Positions 28,741 through 39,900 of a DNA stretch of 45,228 bases are shown here, piece by piece. Origin of the DNA: Deltaproteobacteria bacterium. Its GTDB lineage: Bacteria; JAEEML01. The stretch's first letter is position 1; every line of letters starts with the position of its first letter. Below the pieces are notes generated by a model. The model searched no databases, had not been told where the DNA came from, and saw only the letters and a list, made by a program, of their open reading frames with translations. Made by a program: the position numbers and the translations under genes. The stretch covers positions 1 through 45,228 of the forward strand of contig JAEEML010000001.1 of NCBI GenBank assembly GCA_016283195.1, given 5' to 3'.

Positions 28741-31434
28741 ATGACAGAAAACAAATCCCCCCATTTTTCCATCCGCAACCTGGTTTCCAAGAGCCAATTG
28801 GAGCGGGCCGCTGCGCTTCTCACCGCCGGGGCTATTAAATCCATTAACCAAACGGATGACGGCTATAGCGCCTTTTATTATGACGATACTTCCTTTCCCC
28901 ATTTGGTCTCCATTGCCATTAGCGGCGAACAGATTTACGGCTCCTGCGACTGTCTCTCGGCCAGCCCGGCCGAGCCGCTCTGTGACCACGCGGTAGCTCT
29001 CTATATTGCCACTAGCCCGGACGCCAAAGAGCTCGTAAAAGTGGGCGATACCCGCCTTATTTTGCCCGCGCCGGAGGAGAGCCTCTCTGAAGCCAGAGAG
29101 CGGGAAATCACGCGGCGCAAGGAGCGGGCTCTTTCGGATATTGCCGATGTCATTCCGCAAAAAAGCCGCTCGGACGGCAGCCGCCCTTTTACCGTCACTT
29201 CGCTCTCCGGCCAGCGTTATGAGGTAATTCTGCACAGCCACAACATAGCGGCTAATGATTGCAACTGTCCGGATTTAGAGATAAATCAGCTGGGTACTTG
29301 CAAGCACATCGAGGCTGCGCTCTCCTATAACGGCGGCCAGGAAATAGAGCTCTCCCGCCCGCTGCTCTATGTGGAATACGAGCGGGGACTGGCTGAACTG
29401 GCCCTACTGACTCAAGCGGATATAGAGCCAGAACTTGATGATTTATTTGATAAAAATACGCATATATTAAAAGAGCTCACCCCAGATACCTGGCAAACAC
29501 TTAACACTTTTGCCGGGGAGGGGATGCTCACTATCAGCCGGACCGCCGCCCTTCTGCTGGACTCTTTTAAACATGAATGTGCTTCAAATGATAAATCGGC
29601 TGAGCTTTTGGCCACTTTGGAAAAGAGCGGCTACAAAGTGCCAGCCTTTAAAGGATCTCTGAGCCAAACAGAAAAACAGGCGCTCACTTTTGCCTTGCGC
29701 CATCAGGCTGCCTGGCTCACTGCCCCGCTGGATTGGGGCAAAAGTGTGGTCACCCTGGCCGCTATAGCCGTTTTGGCCGCTGAAAAGCCCACCAAAGCGC
29801 TGATTGTCACTATTGAACCGCTACTAACCGATTGGCGCAAAAAGGCCGCCGCTTTTTTAAATATTCCTATCTATAGCGGCACTGAGAGTGCCGGCACTAC
29901 TTTCCTTGGGGAAGAAACTTTTATCCGCGTTATCACTTATGAAGAAGCGCTGCGCAATTGCGAAGAACTATCTGATTTTACAGCTGATTTACTCATAGTT
30001 GATGAAGCGCAATATATCAACAACTGGCGCTCACCGACCGGAAGAGCCATTACGCGCCTAAAGGCCACGCGCCGCCTGCTGCTCACTAGCTGCGATTTAC
30101 TGGCCGACCCGGATGCTGTTTTTTCTATTATGCAAATAATAGACCAAAAAGTGCTGGGCCCACTCTGGCTTTTTAATCAGCGCTTCATTGCTTTTGACAG
30201 CGATGGCAAACCAACATGGCGCTCAGAAGATGCCATTTTGAGCCATCTTGCCGCTCATTGGTGGCGCCGCCCGCTCTTAAGTGAGCGCAGTGCTCAGGAT
30301 TTGCAAATTCTCTCTTGTTATACCCAGCCGGAGGAGCAGTATTTTACCCAATACAAAAAAACTATAGCCGCTATTAACATACCTGACTCCTCCGGCCTAT
30401 TTGCCACTGATTCATCGTGGCACACTCTGCTAGATGATGTAATACGAGCCCTTTATTTTGGCGGCAAAAGCAACGCTGCCGTAGCCCCCAAAGTAGCCCT
30501 TTTAATCCAGCTCTGGCGCGGTCTCTTTTCGCGCACCGACCGCCACTATGTTGTTTTGGCCCATAGCGAGCAGATTTTGCACCTGGCTACTGCCGGCAAC
30601 AACTATCTGGGCTCAAACTGCTATATTTTATATAGCGATTTGCCGCCAGCTTCACGCCTGGCCAAACTGGAGGCTTTTCATAAAGCTCATGAGGCGGCCA
30701 TACTCTTTTGCACCGATTACAACCTAGATGATTTGCACTTTAATGATGCCAAGCTCTCTTTTATCTTTTTTGACCTGCCCTGGCACCCGTTATGGCTCAA
30801 ACAGCGCCTTGATAAAATTGCCGCCTACCCGGCTCTGGCCCTAATTTACCAAGATACCGTTGAAGAAAAATTGCTGGATTTTTATGCCAAAAACAGATCT
30901 GCTTTCACAGCTCTACCAAAAGAGAGCAAAAAAATTGATAATTCCCTGCCCATAAGTGACAAATTGGAAGCTCTTATGCGCGAAATTTTAGCTACTCTTT
31001 CCGCTAGCAGCCCATTTTCTTTACAAAAACGCGCAAATAATAATACCTCCGCCATATCCTCCACCCGCTTTAGGCGCACATCACTATTATTTGACTTTAG
31101 CTCTGCTCCCAAAGAGGCCGGCAAAGATATACCGCCGCCTAAAGCCAAAAGTAGCAAGAAAAAAAGCCCGGCAAAAGCGCCGGAAATACCGAGCGACACG
31201 CTTACTTTAGACAATCTATTGGCTTTAACGGCTAATTTAGCCAGTGCGTGGAAGTTAGAAGGCAATTACCCGGAATTATTGTTAAAAAATGCCTATATCC
31301 AAAATCTCTCCGACGAAAAGCTGCTCTTTTTACATGAACTTACGGCTATTTTTGGCCTTACCTGCCGTGGCGAGCCGGTTCCGGAAGCGCTAAAGAGACA
31401 TTTTGCGGGAAATAGAGCAAAGTTAAATTATTAA
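28741..31434 (+). CDS. SWIM zinc-finger / SNF2-like helicase-domain protein with degenerate ATPase motifs
   Basis: Two SWIM motifs (CDC...LCDH and CNCPD...TCKH). LIVDEAQYINN, RLLLT and FIFFDLPWHP are SNF2-like; motif I reads APLDWGKS. Confidence 0.75.
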   Translation: MTENKSPHFSIRNLVSKSQLERAAALLTAGAIKSINQTDDGYSAFYYDDTSFPHLVSIAISGEQIYGSCDCLSASPAEPLCDHAVALYIATSPDAKELVKVGDTRLILPAPEESLSEAREREITRRKERALSDIADVIPQKSRSDGSRPFTVTSLSGQRYEVILHSHNIAANDCNCPDLEINQLGTCKHIEAALSYNGGQEIELSRPLLYVEYERGLAELALLTQADIEPELDDLFDKNTHILKELTPDTWQTLNTFAGEGMLTISRTAALLLDSFKHECASNDKSAELLATLEKSGYKVPAFKGSLSQTEKQALTFALRHQAAWLTAPLDWGKSVVTLAAIAVLAAEKPTKALIVTIEPLLTDWRKKAAAFLNIPIYSGTESAGTTFLGEETFIRVITYEEALRNCEELSDFTADLLIVDEAQYINNWRSPTGRAITRLKATRRLLLTSCDLLADPDAVFSIMQIIDQKVLGPLWLFNQRFIAFDSDGKPTWRSEDAILSHLAAHWWRRPLLSERSAQDLQILSCYTQPEEQYFTQYKKTIAAINIPDSSGLFATDSSWHTLLDDVIRALYFGGKSNAAVAPKVALLIQLWRGLFSRTDRHYVVLAHSEQILHLATAGNNYLGSNCYILYSDLPPASRLAKLEAFHKAHEAAILFCTDYNLDDLHFNDAKLSFIFFDLPWHPLWLKQRLDKIAAYPALALIYQDTVEEKLLDFYAKNRSAFTALPKESKKIDNSLPISDKLEALMREILATLSASSPFSLQKRANNNTSAISSTRFRRTSLLFDFSSAPKEAGKDIPPPKAKSSKKKSPAKAPEIPSDTLTLDNLLALTANLASAWKLEGNYPELLLKNAYIQNLSDEKLLFLHELTAIFGLTCRGEPVPEALKRHFAGNRAKLNY

Positions 31435-31549
31435 TAACAATATCAAAGGCTTTATTCTGCTATTTCAGATTTGTGCTTTTTGCTCTTTTCGTCGTGGTTC
31501 GCCCAAATTTTTAGGCCCAATATGCCTGGAGCACTTCACGCTTTTTTGC

Positions 31550-31764
31550 CCTCACCCCGATAATTAGTGGAATTTATTGTATATCGCCGCCTCTCCATTT
31601 TTACAAATGGCGAGAGACCTCACAAAATGTTGGGACACAACAACTGGCTACCGAGCTCGCAGGGCGAGGGGCGGCTGGCTCCGCTTATTGGGAGCTAAAA
31701 TTTATTTTATCTTAAAAACAAGGTGTTAATTTTTTGAAAGGGAGTTAGCGGCGAAAACAGGAAA
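31550..31764. repeat. Dispersed intergenic element, copy B
   Basis: Homologous to 5645-5790 in the same orientation, with an extra ~50-bp internal segment; ends 15 bp from the groEL stop. Confidence 0.85.
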
Positions 31765-31779
31765 TTGGCGCTCGCAGGT

Positions 31780-33447
<1,668 letters not shown>

Positions 33448-33464
33448 TTACAAATAGTTAAATA

Positions 33465-33752
33465 TTATGCTTCAACCACGCCAAGAATATCGTCTTCACG
33501 CATGATGAGGTAATCGCGGCCGTCCATTTTCACTTCGGTGCCACTGTATTTACCAAAGAGCACGATATCACCCTCTTTTACGGTAAGAGCGATAAGCGAG
33601 CCGTCTTTGGCTCTTTTACCGGGGCCGACAGCGATAACTTTGGCTTTTTGCGGTTTTTCTTTTGCTGTATCGGGAATAATAATGCCACCTTTAGTGGTGG
33701 TTTCTTCGTCCAAACGTTCAACCAAAATGCGATCATGAAGCGGCTTTAACAT
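33465..33752 (-). CDS. groES: Co-chaperonin GroES
   Basis: [49 protein letters not shown]. Confidence 0.99.
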   Translation of the reverse strand: MLKPLHDRILVERLDEETTTKGGIIIPDTAKEKPQKAKVIAVGPGKRAKDGSLIALTVKEGDIVLFGKYSGTEVKMDGRDYLIMREDDILGVVEA

Positions 33753-33808
33753 AGATTCCTCCTGCTTTTACTTACTGCCACTTGCGGATTAGTCCGCAAA
33801 CAGGAGCC

Positions 33809-33836
33809 AAGATAAACACAGGCCGGAAGGTGTCAA
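33809..33836 (-). promoter_or_regulatory. Sigma70-type promoter of groESL
   Basis: Minus strand TTGACA (33836-33831), 16-bp spacer, TATCTT (33814-33809). Confidence 0.6.
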
Positions 33837-33868
33837 GTGCGGGAGGACAAAAAATAGCGTTTAAAAAA

Positions 33869-34744
33869 TCACCCGGAGATCCCCCGCTCCATAATAGCTT
33901 TAATCAGCTTATTAGCAGCAGCAGCAGCGTCTTTGCCCTGCCCATCCGGCGTATATACTACGAGAGCATAGCGCGGGTTCTCAAAAGGCACAAAAGCAAT
34001 AAACCAGCCCTCGTAACGCCAACTGCCCATTTTGCGCGCCGTACCGGTTTTGCCGGCTATTTGATAAGCGCTATCTTTAGCTGCCTTGGCTGTACCCTGC
34101 TCCACCACTCGGTACATGGCGTGGCGCAGTTCGATGGGCACATTGAGATCTTTAGCCGGCGCCCAATTACCCGATAGTATGGCTGCCAGTTTCAGCAAAG
34201 TAAGACCGCTCACAAAAAGATTATCGCAATCGCCGATAGCGCAATCGGCTACTTCCCTGGCCGTAAGAGCCGGCGGTAAAAGCGGGCGCGCCTCCTCACC
34301 ATGCCACCCGGTAAGCTTATCAAGGTTCCAAAGGGCCATTTGTCTTTGCAAGGCCCCGGGAGGCAAAAGCGGGCTCACTTTGTAAAAATAAACATTGCAT
34401 GATTTGGTAATAGCCTGCCTTAAATCCATGTGCCCATGACCGGCTCTAAGCCAACAGCGCTGACCGGCGGAAAGTCCGGCTGTTTGCTCGCCGTGACAAT
34501 CAGCTTCCATATCTTGCAAGCCGGCTTCAAACAGGGCTGCCGCCGTAATCAACTTAAAAACACTGCCGGCCCGGTGCAAATTTAAGAGCTGCGCCTCATT
34601 ATAAAAATGTACTTTATTTTCTTTAAGTTCCAAGACGGCAGCCGCATCTTTGGGAGCCAAAGAGTTTTTTAAAAGCTCGTTCCACTCATTTTGAGCAGGC
34701 AAAGCCGCACTCAGACAAATTACAGTTATTAGGGGCAAAAACAT
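33869..34744 (-). CDS. Compact penicillin-binding transpeptidase-domain protein
   Basis: Signal peptide; SxxK (GSVFKL), SxN (KSCNVYF) and KTG (AGKTGTA) in the correct order; GWFIAFVP. Confidence 0.85.
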   Translation of the reverse strand: MFLPLITVICLSAALPAQNEWNELLKNSLAPKDAAAVLELKENKVHFYNEAQLLNLHRAGSVFKLITAAALFEAGLQDMEADCHGEQTAGLSAGQRCWLRAGHGHMDLRQAITKSCNVYFYKVSPLLPPGALQRQMALWNLDKLTGWHGEEARPLLPPALTAREVADCAIGDCDNLFVSGLTLLKLAAILSGNWAPAKDLNVPIELRHAMYRVVEQGTAKAAKDSAYQIAGKTGTARKMGSWRYEGWFIAFVPFENPRYALVVYTPDGQGKDAAAAANKLIKAIMERGISG

Positions 34745-34747
34745 AAA

Positions 34748-35464
34748 TCAGTTGTTGGTGGGCATACCAAGCATCTTGGCCAAGTGATAATGGAGACGCT
34801 CGGCCTGTTCTTTGGTTGTTTCCACCAAAAGAGTGCCCGATTCAATGGGGTCGTAATCTTCAGGCAGGCCTTCTTCCACCGCCCATGAAGCCTGTTCCAA
34901 AGTGGGGGAGCGGGAAATGCCATCGGGATTAATTTTGCTCATCCGGGCCAAAGCGGCCTTTCTCAGCTCTACCTGGCGCTCCAGTTCGGCCATGCGCGCT
35001 TTAAGCTTCTCTACTGTCATGCCCTTTTGACTGGCCCAGTTGGCTTGGCCGCCTAAAAGAGAGCCCATATCGGTGCTCATTTGGCCGGAAAGCCCCATCT
35101 TACCCACGGCTCCGCCGATAACTCCCGGCTCGGGGCTGGAAACCCCATGCGGCGGCGTAAGAGTGACTTTTTTGAGATCCAAAATGGCCGGGTCACCGCG
35201 CATAGTCATAGCGCTGGACTGATTAAAATTGGTGTGCTCCATTTTAACGCCGTTAAAGATCTCATGATTATAAGCATGAGCCTTTTGCGGGCCGCTCATC
35301 TGTTGCAAATAGCTCTTGGCTACATTTAAAAACTCGGCGGAAGTACCGGTGCCCTTACCAACATTAGCTTTACCGAGATCACGCTTGGCCTCGGCCTCTT
35401 TGGCTGGGTTATTAGTTATTTGTGAAGGTATTGTAATTCCGCCCAGACGCTCTCTAACCGACAT
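34748..35464 (-). CDS. Hypothetical protein with a coiled-coil segment
   Basis: AAGGAG RBS; fills the gap and ends 3 bp before the PBP start. No recognisable family. Confidence 0.65.
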   Translation of the reverse strand: MSVRERLGGITIPSQITNNPAKEAEAKRDLGKANVGKGTGTSAEFLNVAKSYLQQMSGPQKAHAYNHEIFNGVKMEHTNFNQSSAMTMRGDPAILDLKKVTLTPPHGVSSPEPGVIGGAVGKMGLSGQMSTDMGSLLGGQANWASQKGMTVEKLKARMAELERQVELRKAALARMSKINPDGISRSPTLEQASWAVEEGLPEDYDPIESGTLLVETTKEQAERLHYHLAKMLGMPTNN

Positions 35465-35565
35465 CACACACTCCTTGCGGCTATGCCACAGGTAAAAAGC
35501 TGCTGTATTTTAGCACATGAGCATTTATTTTAAAGGGGAAAATAGCGGGATGGCGGGAAAAATTA

Positions 35566-36828
35566 CTATTTCTTCTTATGTTTGGCCACAAAGGTGGAAA
35601 GGCCACCAAAGTTCATAGAGAGTTCCAAAGCAATGGTGGTATGGTCATTAAAGAATGGCACATTATAAGTACCATCCATATCAAGCTGCGAATAAACAGT
35701 ACCGGCCACCAAAGAAATATCCAGAAACTCAATCGGTGTAGCTGTCACATAGATATTGAAATAATCAACAAAGCGACAATTACTGGGGTTCTCAACACCA
35801 TGGCTAAGCTTTACTTCTTGTCCGGACATAGTGGTGACTGTTAAATCACCACTCTTATCCATTTTGTAAAGGAAAGCCACAATGCGCCCCCAAGAGAAGC
35901 CCATGCCAATCCAATCAGTAAAAGCCAGCGCAAAGCTGATATCATTGCCCAAATCCCACTGAACATTGCGCACGCCGTTCGAGAGCAGAGCATTGTAATC
36001 AGGATCTTTGGCACTCACACTAACTCTGGGGCTCACCGATTCACCGGTTGTATAGCGGTGGAAATTATACTTAGGTGCAAAAGTATAACTAATGGTAAGT
36101 CCTTTTAGAACCTTAAATGTGCGAGCCAGTGTCAAGTTGAGACCGATATCCACAATAGCAGTATCAGCCCGCGAAGCCTTGCTGGTAGGCATAATGAGTT
36201 TACCGCCGAGGTGAATATCAATACCCACCACCGGAATGCGGTAGAGGTTATTATAATTTAGCCCAATGGTGGTATCACTCATCAGCGTTTCATTGGCATA
36301 AGTGGTATCGTCGTTTTGAGTAATCTCCCGGTCAAGATCAAACTTGCCGTAAATGTTTAAGTGTTTGTTAAACCACCAGGAAAGCTTGAAGCCAAAATTC
36401 ATCCCATAGTAAGGGTTGTATGACAAATACCCTCTTTTGGCTAAAGAATATGGCGCCAGAGCATTGGTGTAAGAAAAAGTGGTGCCCGCAAATGGCACAA
36501 ATTCATCTTCTTCATCAGCTTCATTAGCGGCTAAAGCCGGCGAAGCAGCAGAGGCTGCCGGCGCGGCGGCCGGAGCCGGAGCAGCAGCCGGAGCTGCAGC
36601 AGCTTCTCCATCGGCAGCGGCGGCAGGCGCGGATTCGGCCTCGCTCGCTCCATCGGCCTTAGCCGGCGGAGCAGCAGTAGCCGCCGCTTCAGCGGCCTGG
36701 CCGTCAGCGGCCTCCTGAGCATCTTGCGGCGCATCGGAAGATCCGTCGGCCGCTTGTGCAAAGGCCGCTGGCTGGGCTGTTAAAAAGATGATGAGTGCCA
36801 GCGCTAAGGGCTGGAATAATCTGCTCAT
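35566..36828 (-). CDS. Exported protein with Ala/Pro-rich linker and probable beta-barrel-like domain
   Basis: GAGGAGG RBS before ATG 36828; signal peptide ending AFA-Q; low-complexity A/P/E tract; then alternating hydrophobic/aromatic strands (MNFGFKLSWWF, IGLNLTLARTF, LTISYTFAPKYNF). Confidence 0.65.
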   Translation of the reverse strand: MSRLFQPLALALIIFLTAQPAAFAQAADGSSDAPQDAQEAADGQAAEAAATAAPPAKADGASEAESAPAAAADGEAAAAPAAAPAPAAAPAASAASPALAANEADEEDEFVPFAGTTFSYTNALAPYSLAKRGYLSYNPYYGMNFGFKLSWWFNKHLNIYGKFDLDREITQNDDTTYANETLMSDTTIGLNYNNLYRIPVVGIDIHLGGKLIMPTSKASRADTAIVDIGLNLTLARTFKVLKGLTISYTFAPKYNFHRYTTGESVSPRVSVSAKDPDYNALLSNGVRNVQWDLGNDISFALAFTDWIGMGFSWGRIVAFLYKMDKSGDLTVTTMSGQEVKLSHGVENPSNCRFVDYFNIYVTATPIEFLDISLVAGTVYSQLDMDGTYNVPFFNDHTTIALELSMNFGGLSTFVAKHKKK

Positions 36829-36877
36829 CACTTCCTCCTCCCTACTCTCATAACCAAGAGCAAGGGGCAAAGAATGA

Positions 36878-36906
36878 CCGCCCGGGCAGCCTAGCTACCC
36901 GAGCGG
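36878..36906 (-). terminator. Strong hairpin downstream of the metalloprotease gene
   Basis: Minus-strand RNA CCGCUCGGGUAGC-UAG-GCUGCCCGGGCGG forms 13 bp (two G-U pairs), followed by UCAUUCUUU. Confidence 0.6.
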
Positions 36907-36921
36907 ACACCATATTCAAAT

Positions 36922-39900
36922 TCAATCACCATAAAAACCAATCAGATTACCGGTTGACAAGTGGTAATCATTCAAGATTTGCCACATATAATCCGGCACC
37001 GACTTGTAATTATCCAAGGCAAAAGCAGCTCGGTTGGAAGTAATCGTTAGAGCATCGCAATTGCCGGCATCATAATCAGCCTTAGAACAATCGCTTACCG
37101 GCACTTCATTCGCGCCGCCATTAAGAATATCCACAAGCTGTGAATCAGCTTTCACAATGGGCGTACCGTCAGAGTAGGTATCAAAAACAGCCCGGCCGTA
37201 TTTATTGAAGCCGGCACGGTTACCGTTTTCGGCCGAAGCCGGGTAATTGGCCGTATCAAGCACATAACCCTTAGCAGTAAGTTCGTTGGCATACTCAAGC
37301 ACGCGAGCAGCAATACCTTTTTCCACTATCTTGCCACCGGCACAATCAGAGCCGGTACCAAAGAGACACTCTTTACCATAGCTACGGGCTATGTAGGAGG
37401 CGCCGGAAACAGGATCGGTCCACTCAATGCGCCGCTCAATGCCGGGGTCAGCATCTTTGCCAACACGGTAAACAGTCATCATATCAAGCCAGTTAGATTT
37501 GCTGTTGGCCGGGATATAAGCCAGCGTATTAGCAATGATGAACTTCTGCACTTCCCAGCCGATTTGCGGGTCAACAGGCACAACATTATCCACGCCAATG
37601 GGGCTAAAGCTGCCACTGGCATAGTCGCTCTTGCAAACACGGCGACCGCCGCTGGTAAAGCAAACTTCGGGGTCATCCATCCAGAAGCTCTTCCAACCGA
37701 TGGGCAGAGCCGGATATTTTGCGGCATCAGCATCAAGTTTGTTGGTTGTTGCGCTGTCCAGTAAGATTTTTCCGCTGCTATCGGCGGCGACAACCGGAGC
37801 CAAGATAGAACGATCACCGGTCAAAGCATTAGCAATAACGCGGCGGAAACCATCCGGGTAAACATCGGCCATACCGGCAGCCCGCCAGCGGGCATCGTAG
37901 TAATCGGTACGGGAGCTGCTCACGAAGCGGTCTTCAGATTCAGAGAGCAAAATAGCCACATTGATCTTGTCATAGTATGAACCGCAGTTGGCAGTGTAAT
38001 CACTGTAGTATTCACCCTGATCTTCGTCATAAGCGCTTTCCAAAGGACGGCCGCCAAAGCCTACCTCTTTTAAGTAACCGGTGGAACCGTTGGGGATAAT
38101 TACCGCCGTCTGTTTCTCTTCATCAAAATTACCATCGGGATCGATACCGCTGCGCAAGACTTCCGGCTCAAGAGCATTTTTAGAGAAGTAATGCGGGCCG
38201 GCTTCCGGGCGCACAAGCTGGCGCACGAAGTGGTCAAAAACCATCGAAGCGGTAAGAGCATTATCCTGTAAATTCCAGCCAATGATAGACGGCCACAAAG
38301 TATCAAAGTTATATCCCTGATACTGAGAGTAAGTTTTGTATAGATTGGCATAGAAACCGAGACCAGTCGCAAGGCCTAAAAGTTTTTCGTTATAACGACC
38401 GAAGCTTCTGCCAGCTGCCGAACGCACGTTAAAGGTGCTGCGCCCACGACGATAGTTATCGAAGATATGGCGGTTTTCATACATAGAGATAAGGAAATCG
38501 GCAATCTCATAAGTATCGGCACCCATATCGTGGCGGTAAACGGAAGCATTACCCAAATCGGCCCAGTTATCGGTAGCGAAAGAGTAAGGCACACGCACGC
38601 GGTTCATGGGGTCAACACATGGGCCGGCACGGTAACTGCCCTGATTATGCTCTGAAAGGTCGTTCCAAGTAACATAATCAACCGGCATCTGGCGACATTC
38701 GGTGTACTGGCCGTCAACTTTAACATAGAGGCCATCCAAAAGCGGGCTGTATTTACCATCAAGATTTTCTTTCCACCAAGAGGGCTCTTTGGGCTCAACA
38801 GAGTAGCACTTATCAATAACCTTCCAGCGTTTTTGCAATTCACTGTAATGAAAATCACTGCAACTTGAGCCACTGCCTTCACAGTATTTCACACCGAAAA
38901 GGCCACCGAAGGTATCCATATTTTGGAGCATACCGATACCGATACTGGAGCTGGGCTTAATTTTAGACTTATCCTGGAAAACCGAAACCACATCGCCATA
39001 GTGGTGGCGCACGGCGGCCACATCATAAGCACCGATACCGAGGAAATCAAGAGCCACATCACCGGCGTAATCCATAATGGAAGACTGGGTGAACATCATG
39101 ATCATGTTGTCCTGTTCTTCTTTGGAAACCGGGTCATAATAACGCGGGCCGACACAGGAATCGCCATCATCAACAGCGGTATCACAAATGGTATTCAAAG
39201 TACCGTTCTTGGTACGGAGCTGCCAGTACTGCGGGCGGAAATGGAGCGGCGCAGCAGAGGAGACAAAGTTATGGCGCAGGCCCCAAGAGTGGCCCATTTC
39301 GTGAACCAAAGTGCCATAGGTATATTTACGGTGAATGTAGTTAGCCATTTTTTTGTAACGAGCTACACGGCCGGCATCATCTTCACCCTCGGCAGCCGGG
39401 AATTTCTTCAATAATTCCTGAGCCAGGCCAATCATGGTGGTGGGTTCCGGACCGCCGGCCATAATACAAGCGCCTCTGGCAGCCAGAGCATTTTCTTTCA
39501 TCTGAGCAAGACGCGAAGCCACAAGCGGATTATTGGCAGCCAAAGGAGAAACCACATCGGCCATAACACCGCTGGTAGCTACAGCAGCATTAGCGCCGGC
39601 AAGTTGCATAATGGCTTTATTGAAGAGCTTGGCTTCCGACGGCTTGCCGCGAGCGCCGGCCATACGAGCGGAAGCTTCCAGCATATTAGCGGAAACCTCT
39701 TTGGAACTCACAGCCACTTCGGCATTTTGAGCAGCTATTTTATTAATAACTTCTCGTAGCTCATTGCTGACAGGAGTAGCCTTTATTTCTGCCATTTTTT
39801 CCGGGGTTATTTTGGCCAGAGAAGCTAAACGTCTATTTACTTCTTCTTTGGAAATAACCGGCTGGCTGACGCCGCTACCGGCACGGGTATTGGCCGAAAC

